NCBI RefSeq assembly: GCF_006345805.1
Contig: NW_021824463.1
Span: forward strand, 1-20,437
DNA length: 20,437 bases
Direction of reading: 5' to 3'
Origin: Octopus sinensis
Taxonomy: Eukaryota
Shown in pieces: positions 1 through 9,502 of the stretch; positions within the stretch are counted from its first letter, which is position 1, and each line of letters begins with the position of its first letter. Both the position numbers and the translations under genes were made by a program. The notes under the pieces are model-generated. The model was not told the DNA's origin, made no database searches, and was given only the letters and a program-made list of their open reading frames with translations.

Positions 1-12
1 CCGTGGACTGAA

Positions 13-430
13 GATGTGAATTTCCGAAGCCTCTCCCCCCACCCCCCTTTCGCGAGCGCGCATTTTATTCATGATAGTCGTTTAGAGCAAGTTGTTTTAC
101 ACCTATTACGCTTTTTTTGTTTTTGTTTTTGTGCCCAGTTCAGACGCTTTCGGAATTCCCGATATAAATTTTCGAGGCCTCTCCCCCACCCCTCTTTCGC
201 GAGAGCGCATTTTCTTTTGTCATATTCGTTTAGAGCAAGTTGTTTTACACATATTACAGTATTTTTTTTTGTTTTGGTGCCCGGGTCAGCTCCTCAGACG
301 CTTTCGGAACTTCCCGATGTGAATTTTCCGAGGCCTCTCCCCAACCCCCCTTTCGCGTGCGCGAATTTTTTTTTCATATTCGTTCATAGGAAGTTGTTTT
401 ACACCTATTACACACATTTTTTTTTTATTT
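13..430. repeat. ~150-bp tandem repeat, about 3 diverged units, possibly continuing left of the window
   Basis: Motif GAT(G/A)T(G/A)AATTT..CGA(A/G)GCCTCTCCCC starts at 13, 161 and 316 (periods 148 and 155). Each is followed by CCC.CTTTCGCG and (C/G)AAGTTGTTTTACAC.TATTAC. Confidence 0.9.
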
Positions 431-1151
431 TCTGATAATCGTAACGCCCTATATTAACCGAAGATTCTAGGTTCAAGGGTTCAAACAAGGCTGGAGGAGG
501 TAGGCCTAAGAATAGGAAGGTGATAGGGTGCAGGTCATATGAATGGTGATTTTGTTGTTTTCTTTTGTGAATGAGTGCCTATGTGTGTGTATGTATATAA
601 CTGCATTAATGTCTATGTGTGTGTATGTGTGTGCGTGATTGTGTGTGTGGTTGGGTAGATGCCAAAAACAGAGAGTGGTGAAGTGACAGGTTTGTGTCTG
701 TGTGTTTGATTGTGCTTACGATAGACAGAGGGAAAGAGAGAGAGGAGGGGGAGGTAGAAAGACAAAGGTAAAACATACCTCAATGGATTGGGTAGTAGTC
801 CTTTAAGAGTATAAAAATTGACTATGGGGGTGATATATAAATGGGATTATATTATTAAAATTCAAGGAGGTTATCTCTATTAATCATTATTCATATGAGT
901 GAAAGGTGTGTTTTTGCCAGTGCATGCACCTAAAGGATTTCTCGACCATTGTATTTATTAAAGGGACTTTTTGTATTTAAAAAACACACAAATTTCCACA
1001 CGAAAGCACGTGATCTCTGCCCTAGGCATGTAGCTTCAACCGTGTTTTTCTGACGTGAATTTGCTAACCAGGTATCGGTTAACCGAATTATCCATAAGAT
1101 AATTCATTCAACTACTCAAATATATATATATATATATATAAATATATATAT

Positions 1152-1314
1152 ACGACGGGCTTCTTTCAGTTTCCGTCGACCAAATCCACTCACAAGGCTT
1201 GGATCGGCCCGACGCTATAGTAGAAGACACTTGCCCAAGGTGCCATACAATGGGACTGAACCCAGAACAATGTGGTTGGTAGGCAAGCTACTTACCACAC
1301 AGCCACTCCTGCGC
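1152..1314 (-). mobile_element. SINE family A, 5' half only (tRNA-like head plus CORE-like segment)
   Basis: Reverse complement reads GCGCAGGAGTGGCTGTGTGGTAAG (A-box-like), GGTTCAGTCCC (B-box-like) and CCTTGGGCAAGTGTCTTC, colinear with the full copy at 16228-16634. It ends in the (TA)n at 1121-1151. Confidence 0.9.
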
Positions 1315-1812
1315 CTATTTCGGGTAAAAAAAACGAAGAATAGGTGTTTCCACAAAAGTAATACAGATTATTATATTAAGTCATTATATTAACTCACCAG
1401 TGAAATAATTAAATATTTAAATACTTAAAATTAGTACCTTTAGTTTTCTTTTTTCTGATGATTATATATTAATTCATTTTCTAGCTAATTTATATTTTAT
1501 TCCTGTCACTCACCTGTTCTGAATTTTAATTAGAAAACGAAATTAATATAAATTGATCGGAAAGAAGAAAACTAAAGGTCCTAATTTTAAATATTTAATT
1601 ATTCAATTATAATCCACTGATGAATTCCAAATAACATCTCCTAATATAATAATGAATGTAGTGTTTTTATATATTTGTGTATGTGTGCTCATACACATAT
1701 ATATGTAAATGTATACACACACACACAGACACACACACACACACACGCACACACATATATATTCTGTTGTGTCTGGGGAGAGTCATTTTCTTTTTGTGTC
1801 TTATAATTTAAC

Positions 1813-1922
1813 ACACTCACCGGTAAGATTTCCATTTGCTTCATATTTTTAAAAATTTTTATAGGAAAATAAAAGTATAAAAATAAAAATAAGAAATACG
1901 TGGAAATTTTACCACTGAGTGT
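1813..1922. mobile_element. Small MITE-like element with 22-bp imperfect terminal inverted repeats
   Basis: ACACTCACCGGTAAGATTTCCA (1813-1834) versus the reverse complement of 1901-1922, ACACTCAGTGGTAAAATTTCCA: 19/22 identical around an AT-rich spacer. No TSD resolved. Confidence 0.5.
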
Positions 1923-1923
1923 C

Positions 1924-2041
<118 letters not shown>

Positions 2042-2239
2042 ATTTTATATTTATATTTAAGTGTTCACTTTCGGACTCTCTCATTCTATGAGAGCCTCAG
2101 TTCAAATCGCACGTGTCTTGAATGGGCTGGAGTATTTCTATTTTGGATGTATTTGGGGTACTTTATTGTGCTCATGACTTAGTGTTTTGCTTCTTCCATA
2201 GATATGAGTAGGTATCTCATTTATTTCTTTTTGCCACAT

Positions 2240-2299
2240 TTATCACTGATGAAGGGAGGGTTCTTACGGACTAACCCTGAAATCGGTCTGATATGGTAA
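2240..2299 (+). ncRNA. Type I hammerhead ribozyme motif, possibly a Penelope-like element or retrozyme remnant
   Basis: Stem I TTATCA 2240-2245 / TGGTAA 2294-2299; core CTGATGA 2246-2252; stem II AGGG 2253-2256 / CCCT 2275-2278; GAAA 2279-2282; stem III ATC(G) 2282-2285 / (T)GAT 2289-2292; cleavage triplet AUA 2291-2293. Confidence 0.7.
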
Positions 2300-2437
2300 T
2301 AATGGAATTTTTTAGAGATTTCTGTCGGCTTTTTTTCGAGTAGCGTGCATATCGTGAAAAATTATATGTCCAATTTTTCGGCATATTTGGCATTAGAAAT
2401 TTTTTCGTTTGCCCTTATTTATAAGTTGTATATATAT

Positions 2438-2828
2438 GGTGGAAGCACTCCGTCGGTTACGACGACGAAGGTTCCGGTTGATCCGATCAACGGAACAGCC
2501 TGCTCGTGAAATTAACGTGTAAGTGGCTGAGCACTCCACAGACACGTGTACCCTTAACGTAGTTCTCGGGGATATTCAGCGTGACACAGAGAGTGACAAA
2601 GCCGGCCCTTTGAAATACAGGTACAACAGAAACAGGAAGTAAGAGTGAGAGAAAGTTGTGGTGAAAGAGCACAGCAGGGATCACCACCATCCCTTGCCGG
2701 AGCCTCGTGGAGCTTTAGGTGTTTTCACTCAATAACACTCACATCCACAACGCCCGGTCTGGGAATCGAAACCGCGATCCTACGACCGCGAGTCCCCTGC
2801 CCTAACCAATGGGCCATTGCGCCTCCAC
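2438..2828 (-). mobile_element. SINE family C, full-length, tRNA-derived head
   Basis: Minus strand begins GTGGAGGCGCAATGGCCCATTGGTTAGGGC (A-box) and has GGTTTCGATTCCC (B-box). It is flanked by a 17-bp direct repeat ATAAGTTGTATATATAT (2421-2437 and 2829-2845), consistent with a TSD. Confidence 0.92.
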
Positions 2829-2835
2829 ATAAGTT

Positions 2836-2951
2836 GTATATATATATCTATATATATATATATATATAATATATATATATATATAATATATATAATATAT
2901 ATAATATATATATATATATATATGTAAGTTGTATATATATTATACATAAGT

Positions 2952-2986
<35 letters not shown>
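2836..2986. repeat. (TA)n microsatellite with embedded copies of the SINE TSD motif
   Basis: (TA)n interrupted by TAAGTTGTATAT at about 2925 and 2947. Confidence 0.95.
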
Positions 2987-2992
<6 letters not shown>

Positions 2993-3145
2993 CATATGAC
3001 GAATAAATTTAAAATTTAAAATTTAAAATCAAATGAAATTAAATTAGTGATTTATTGGTTTTAGAGATAGATTTTGGCTGCTATTTTCAGCATGGCGGTA
3101 TCTCGTAGATACCCTAAATTATAACTGTAATTATATATATATATC

Positions 3146-3176
<31 letters not shown>

Positions 3177-3310
3177 GTATTATATTAATATATATATATA
3201 TATATATTTGTCCAGGATCACGCCAGACGAGGAGGGGGAGAGAAAATAGTAATGAGAAAAAGGAAGGGGGATAGATGAATTAAGAAGGAAGGGGTGCAAA
3301 CAAATCAGCG

Positions 3311-3620
3311 ATTCAGCTCATTCATAGTTCCCACATATGTTTCGAAGAAAGCATTGAAATTATTCCGTAGGGGGTAAAAGTGACGGAAAACAATGCGATC
3401 ATCTCGTCAGGGAAAAAAAGAGAAACTAAATACATCAGTAAGCCATTTTAACCGACAATGATTACTGAGTATATGATGAAGGAGAACGCTCCTTCATCAT
3501 ATATATTTCTCTTTTTTTCCTTGACGTGATGATTGCATTGTTTTACGTCATTTATATTCCCTCCGGAATAATCTCAATGCTTTCTTCGAAACATATGTTG
3601 GAAGTGTAAATGATTTGAAT
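3311..3620. mobile_element. Foldback element or MITE with 115-bp inverted arms and two internal hairpins
   Basis: 3311-3425 versus the reverse complement of 3506-3620 align ungapped at 99/115. Inner hairpins lie at about 3435-3468 and 3470-3503. Confidence 0.75.
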
Positions 3621-3867
3621 AACACCTGCGTTTGACTACATTTCTTAATCTATCTATGTTAAACAAAAACATTTCACTAAACCCTGGAATTTCTACCTTT
3701 ATAAGTAGGCTGTAATATACTAGGCACTTATGTGAATTTTTGCTATCCTAGTAACTATTTATTTTTTCCGTGTTATTTGTACACATTGAGAAAATACACA
3801 CACACACACTCACACACACGCATACACACATACACACACACACACACACACACATATATTTATTTAT

Positions 3868-4090
3868 GTCTGTGTGTATCTGTGTTTGTCCCCTACCACC
3901 GTTTGACAACCGATGTTAGCGTATTTACGTCACCGTAATCTAGCAGTTCGACAAAAAATCCCGATTGAATAAGTACTTGGCTTAGAAAGAATAAGTCCTT
4001 CGGTCGATTTGTTCGACTAAAACCCCTTCAAGGCGGTGCTGCAGCATGGCCAGAGTCAAATGACTGCGACGAGTAAAAGAATAAAAGAAT
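3868..4090 (+). mobile_element. SINE family A, 3' half (5'-truncated), preceded by (CA)n at 3795-3853
   Basis: TGTGTTTGTCCCC..TTGACAACCGATG..GGCGGTGCTGCAGCATGGCC..AGTAAAAGAATAAAAGAAT matches the 3' half of 16228-16634. Confidence 0.85.
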
Positions 4091-4254
4091 ATGTAACGAC
4101 AATTTTTGAATAAGAAGATAATTCGGAGAAACGAATTAGTAAGGAACAATTAATTATTACGATGACCGTTTACTTAATATGAAATGATAATGTTGTTTGT
4201 ATACACAAGGTATTAGTATGTGGATGGGATGAAATATATTCTGTGGATCCTGGG

Positions 4255-5091
4255 CAGGGGCGGATTAAGGCCCATAGAGGCTATAAGCACTTAAAAGATA
4301 TTGGATAAACCCATATGTATGCAATTCAAAATATAAACAATAATAAACCCTAAAATAAAATTTCACTTTTCAAAATGAAAGAAAACTAACAGTAATACGG
4401 AAAATAATCTTTTCTACCCTAGGTACAAGTCCAGAAATTTTGGGAGAGGGGACCAGTCGATTAGATTGACCCCAGTACGCAACTGGTATTTAATTTATCG
4501 ACCCCATAAGGATGAAAGGCAAAGTCAACCTCGGCGGAATTTGAACTCAGAACGTAGCGGCAGACGAAATACCTATTTCTTTACTACCCACAAGGGGCTA
4601 AACACAGAGAGGACAAACAAGGACAGACAAACGGGTTAAGTCGATTATATCGACCCCAGTGCATAACTGGTACTTAATTTATCGACCCCGAGAGGATGAA
4701 AGGCAAAGTCGACCTCGGCGGAATTTGAACTCAGAACGTAACGGCAGACGAAATACCGCTACCCATTTCGCCCGGCGTGCTAACGTTTCTGCCAGCTCGC
4801 CGCCTTAATATGGAAAATAATGTTTCTTTTTGAATACCTTATTTTTGTTTGAAAAGTTTTCTCCTACTTTTTTTTTTTTTATTATAAAGTTTTTGATCCG
4901 ATCCTCATTATTACATCATGAACATCTCGAAATTATATTTCCGATCGTACAAACCACTTCGAATGTCATTTTAACAAGTTTAAAGTGATTTTTTTCTTTG
5001 TGCCGTAAACCATTTACCATTTCTGCGGTGCTCTTCTACCCTTGATGCCCTAAGCACGTGCTTATTTTGCTTAATGGTTAATCCAGCGCTG
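4255..5091. mobile_element. Non-autonomous hAT-type DNA transposon containing a nested SINE
   Basis: Perfect 8-bp TSD ATCCTGGG (4247-4254 and 5092-5099). Termini CAGGGGCGGATTAA and reverse-complement CAGCGCTGGATTAA match 11/14. An 8-bp TSD with short CAG-starting TIRs is characteristic of hAT. No transposase ORF. Confidence 0.88.
4409..4804 (-). mobile_element. SINE family B, dimeric form (module a + module b)
   Basis: Head GGCGGCGAGCTGGCAGAAACGTTAGC; GAGTTCAAATTCCGCCGAGG occurs twice. 16-bp TSD TAATA(C/T)GGAAAATAAT at 4393-4408 and 4806-4821. Confidence 0.93.
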
Positions 5092-5220
5092 ATCCTGGGT
5101 ATCTTTGTGTGGGAGCTAGCTTCATCTTTTTTTGCTGGAGAGAGGGTAAGAATGATAGCGCCTTTATAATTGAAGAGTATGATAAGTCTATTCTCGTGCG
5201 TCAGTCTTTGACTCCGCGGT

Positions 5221-5465
5221 GGAGGTGCGTAGCTTAGTGGTAACGGGTGTTGGACTCATGTTTGTATGACTGTGGTTTCGATTCCAGGACCGAGCTACTT
5301 CATTTCATGTTGCTCCAGTCAGCTCAACTTTCAAAAATGAATTATCCTGCTACGGACCGACGTCCTTTCCAGGTGGGAAAACTTATACGCCATGAAAACC
5401 GGGAAACCGGCTCTTATGCGACGGCGTGACTCGGAAAGGTAACTAGAAGGTAACCTTTACTCTTT
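5221..5465 (+). mobile_element. SINE family D, diverged, with an internal deletion
   Basis: GGAGGTGCGTAGCTTAGTGG (A-box), GGTTTCGATTCC (B-box), TTTCATGTTGCTCCAGTC..CTC..C, and a tail ending GGTAACCTTTACTCTTT. Confidence 0.75.
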
Positions 5466-5802
5466 GACCAGAAATCGGCCGAAGCTCCTGATTTGGCGTC
5501 GCACCTACCAAAAAGCTGAATTTAACGTTTGGTCGTATATTTATGTTTAGCAATTAAGGTTGGTGTACTAAGAACAATAGAATTTCTCTACAATTATCTA
5601 TCTTGATCCTTCCAAGACCAGAGAAAGATGAAGAGGTTAACTTATTCACATCAATGTCCAAGTGCAGAGAGGAGAAAACAGTAGACTGGAAATTTGTTTG
5701 ATAACTAATAAAAATGTGTGTTCGGTTTCGAATCCTTGCTTTACCTATTCTGTATCTGTTCGGTGCAGATACGTATTAATAAATTCTCACTAAAAATGTA
5801 AT

Positions 5803-5903
5803 CCAAGGCGTTTACTTCGGCGGTCTTTGAACTCAGAACCTAAATATACAGTAACAAATACTGCAAGCCGTTTCGTCTGATGCTCTAACCATTCTCCCAC
5901 TTC
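5803..5903 (-). mobile_element. Old, diverged SINE family B-related head fragment
   Basis: Reverse complement contains TGGTTAGAGCATCAGACGAAA..GCAGTATTT..GTTCTGAGTTCAAAGACCGCCGAAG. Confidence 0.6.
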
Positions 5904-5907
5904 AAGA

Positions 5908-5977
5908 CAACTACCACCACCACCACCACCACCACCACTATCACCACCACCAACAACAACCGACAACCACAACAACA
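5908..5977. repeat. (ACC)n/(ACA)n trinucleotide repeat
   Basis: Direct inspection. Confidence 0.9.
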
Positions 5978-6294
5978 GTCGATACTGGCGTATTGTAGAG
6001 GATGGTTTCGTCTCGCAGACGTCTCCTTGGGGTACGATTTAGAAGCCTTTTTCAAAAGCGAATCAAGCAAATATGTTTGCCTGTGCTTAAGACATGGTGT
6101 ATTGTATCTACTTAATTAGTCAATACACGGTGTTGAAGATCAGCTTCGATTTGCAGTAGGTTAATACCAGAAACACGCTCCGTTGTAAATGCCTCAAAGA
6201 CATTAATGTTTGTTTATGTTGAAGAGAATATCTTCGTTATCTTAGCGTGTGAGAAAGTCACCCAAGTGTGTGTGTCTGTATTTGCGTATGAATG

Positions 6295-6295
<1 letters not shown>

Positions 6296-6346
<51 letters not shown>

Positions 6347-6529
6347 ATGTATGTATTATGTGTGTACATATATATATAATATATATATGAAACATGTATT
6401 TTTGTGGTTGAAACCTTTTGGATTAACTGGTGCTACGAGTGATACATATAGGATACTATCTATATTATTTATATATATATATATATATATAACATATATA
6501 TACATATACATATATATATATGCATATAT

Positions 6530-6578
<49 letters not shown>

Positions 6579-6657
6579 GTATATCTATATACACATAATA
6601 TATAAATATTTTACATAGTGTTCATATACGTGAAAATATATATATTCACAAACATGT

Positions 6658-6698
<41 letters not shown>

Positions 6699-6832
6699 AT
6701 ATAATATATATATATATGTGTGTGTGTGTGTGGTGGTATTACACCCAATGTAAATCCACATACATAGATATCTATACATACATAACCAGAGACACATATA
6801 CACAAACAACATCAAATATACATTAGTATATA

Positions 6833-6887
<55 letters not shown>

Positions 6888-7254
6888 ATTACACTTACAT
6901 ACCTATTGTGCGTTATAGGTATACATATATTTGTACACACATACATACACACACATATACATACTCACACACATACATTTATATATATGTATATATATAT
7001 ATATACACATACGCGGACATACATAATATGCTCATGTATACATCTAAATTCAAATATACACACCTATACAGACGTGTATGTGTGTATGTTTGTATATGTG
7101 TGCACGTGCATTCCTATGCACATGTGCGCATGTATGTATGTATATATATATCAGTGTATGTATATATGAGAATATGCATGCGTCCATGTGTTTGTGTGTG
7201 TGTGAGCGCGCGTGTGAATATGTACGTGTCTGTATGTGTGTGTGTGTTTGTGTC

Positions 7255-7289
<35 letters not shown>

Positions 7290-7290
7290 C
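6296..7290. repeat. Compound (TA)n/(CA)n/(TG)n microsatellite region with short unique interruptions
   Basis: Direct inspection; it generates the YI, HT and VC-repeat ORFs. Confidence 0.9.
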
Positions 7291-7518
7291 TGTGTCTGTA
7301 TTGCATGAAGGTTGTGTATATGTCCGGAAAATACGATTAATCGGGAAACGAATCTTATTTCTTGATTTCGTACTGAAAGCAGGCCAGGTACCTGGAGCGT
7401 CAGACAGAATATAACTATAACTTTCAGTTGAACCACCCTACAAACTCTACTGTAATAAATGTGAATCAATATCACAGTATGTTGGTGTGTGTTGTGGTGT
7501 GTGTCTGTGTTTGTTGTG

Positions 7519-8126
7519 CATACATACGCCATACATCCATACATACATACATACATACATACATACATACCTACATACATACATACATACATACATGCAT
7601 ACATACATACAACATACATACATACATACATACATACATACATACATACATGCATACATACATACATATACATACATACATACATACATACATACATACA
7701 TACATACATACATGCATACATGCATACATACATACTACATACTACATACATACAACATACATACATACATACATACATACATACATGCATACATACATGC
7801 ATACATACATACATACATGCATACATACATACATACATACATACATACATACATACATACATACATACATACATACATACATACAATACATACATACATA
7901 CATTACATACATACATACATATACACCACACACACATATACATACATACATACATACATACATGCATACATCCATACATACTACATACATACATACATAC
8001 TACACATGCATCATACATACATAATACATACATACATACATGCATACATACATACATGCATACATACATACACCAAATAAATACATACATACATACATAC
8101 ATAATACATACATACATACATACATA
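7519..8126. repeat. (CATA)n tetranucleotide array, about 600 bp, with CATG variants
   Basis: Direct inspection; it generates the HTYI and MYVC ORFs in all frames. Confidence 0.98.
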
Positions 8127-8166
8127 GACTATAAAAGAAGTCAGGATGTGAATGTGTTTATTTCAA

Positions 8167-8740
8167 GGCGGCGAGCTACAGACACGTTAGCACGCCGGGC
8201 GAAATGCATAGCATATTACGTCTGCCGTTACGTTTGATTCAAATTCATACGCGGTCATTTTGCCTTTCATCCTTTCGGGTCGATCAAAATAAGTACCATT
8301 ATACGCTACCTGGGATCGATATAAATCGACTTAATCCGTTTGACTGTCCTGGTTTGTCCTCTCGTGTTTAGCCCCTTGGGGTATAAAGAAATAGGACTTC
8401 GTCTGCCGTTACGTTCTGAGTTCAAATTCCGCCGAGGTCGACTTTGCCTTTCATCCTTTCGGGGTCGATCAAATAAGTACCAGTTACGCAATGGGTCGAT
8501 ATATCGACTTAATACCGTTTGTCTGTCCTTGTTTTTCCTCTCTGTGTTTAGCCCCTTGTGGGTAGTAAAAAATAGGTATTTCGTCTGCCGTTTACGTTCT
8601 GAGTTCAAATTCCGCCGAGGTCGACTTTGCCTTTCATCCTTTCGGGGTCGATAAATTAAGTACCAGTTACGCACTGGGGTCAATCTAACCGACTGGCCCC
8701 TTCCCCCAAATTTCTGGACTTGTGACTAGAGTAGGAAAGA
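8167..8740 (+). mobile_element. SINE family B, trimeric form (a + a + b)
   Basis: Head GGCGGCGAGCT at 8167. The body restarts after AAATAG at about 8395 and 8576, and ends GGACTTGTGACTAGAGTAGGAAAGA. Confidence 0.92.
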
Positions 8741-9026
8741 ACATGTTTATTACACCATATGATATTCATAGCGTGACGGTTGTTTCGTAGCCAACATCAT
8801 GCTTAAATGGTTAATTTTAGCGAATAATAAATTACGTTACATGCCTGCAATAATATGCATGATGCATATTCCGCCATACAATTGTATATATTTATAAACT
8901 AATGCAGATAAAGAAGGCTACAACTTGAAATCATTAAAATATCATGGTTACATCAATTTTTGCAACTCCGGTATACACATGCAAAAAGAAAAACATCACA
9001 CACACCTTCAAACATACATATATATT

Positions 9027-9410
9027 TTTTTTATTACCCACAGGGAACAAAGAGTGTGATTGTGTCGATTACATCGCCCCCAGTGCGTAACTGGTTCTTA
9101 TCTAATCGACCCCCGAAAGGATAAAAGGCAAAGTCGACCTCGGAGGAATTTGTACTCAGAACGTAGCGGCAGACGAAATACCCATTTCTTTACTACTCAC
9201 AAGGGGCTAAATATAGAGTGGACAAACAAGGACAGACATGGTATTAAGTCGATACATCGACCCCAGTGCGTAACTGTACTTAATTTATCGACCCCCCCAA
9301 GAGGATTAAAGCAAAGTCGACCTCGGCGGAATTTGAACTCATAACGTAACGGCAGACGAAATACGGGTATGCATTTCGCCGGCATCTAACGTTTCTGCCA
9401 GCTCGCCGCC
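9027..9410 (-). mobile_element. SINE family B, dimeric form (a + shortened a)
   Basis: Head GCTCGCCGCC at 9401-9410 and two CAAAGTCGACCTCGG modules. The last module ends CCTGTGGGTAATAAAAAAA on the minus strand. Confidence 0.9.
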
Positions 9411-9465
9411 CTATATTGTATATATATAATCTAGATATAGATAATAATATATGTGTGTTGTGTTG

Positions 9466-9502
<37 letters not shown>

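Noticed and set aside
16-435. 139-aa and 76-aa ORFs at the left edge
   Set aside because: They are translations of the ~150-bp tandem repeat with T-runs; there is no coding evidence.
1611-1670. Second CTGATGA that could be a tandem hammerhead partner
   Set aside because: It is followed by GAAT rather than GAAA, and no valid stem III, UH triplet or stem I can be built. At best it is a decayed copy.
2760-2828. tRNA-like sequences here and at other SINE heads
   Set aside because: They have A/B boxes but no intact cloverleaf and continue into SINE bodies, so they are not tRNA genes.
8306-8683. ORFs with internally repeated peptides (PRKDERQSRPRRNLNS), also at 9060-9385, 16162-16516 and 18036-18446
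   Set aside because: They lie wholly within SINE copies; the peptide repetition reflects SINE module duplication.
8167-8740. Regularly spaced repeats superficially like a CRISPR array
   Set aside because: The units are ~180-bp SINE modules without unique spacers, the context is eukaryotic and there are no cas genes.
8852-8870. Small palindrome AATATGCAT-G-ATGCATATT
   Set aside because: Nine-bp AT-rich arms are expected by chance or slippage in a window of this composition.
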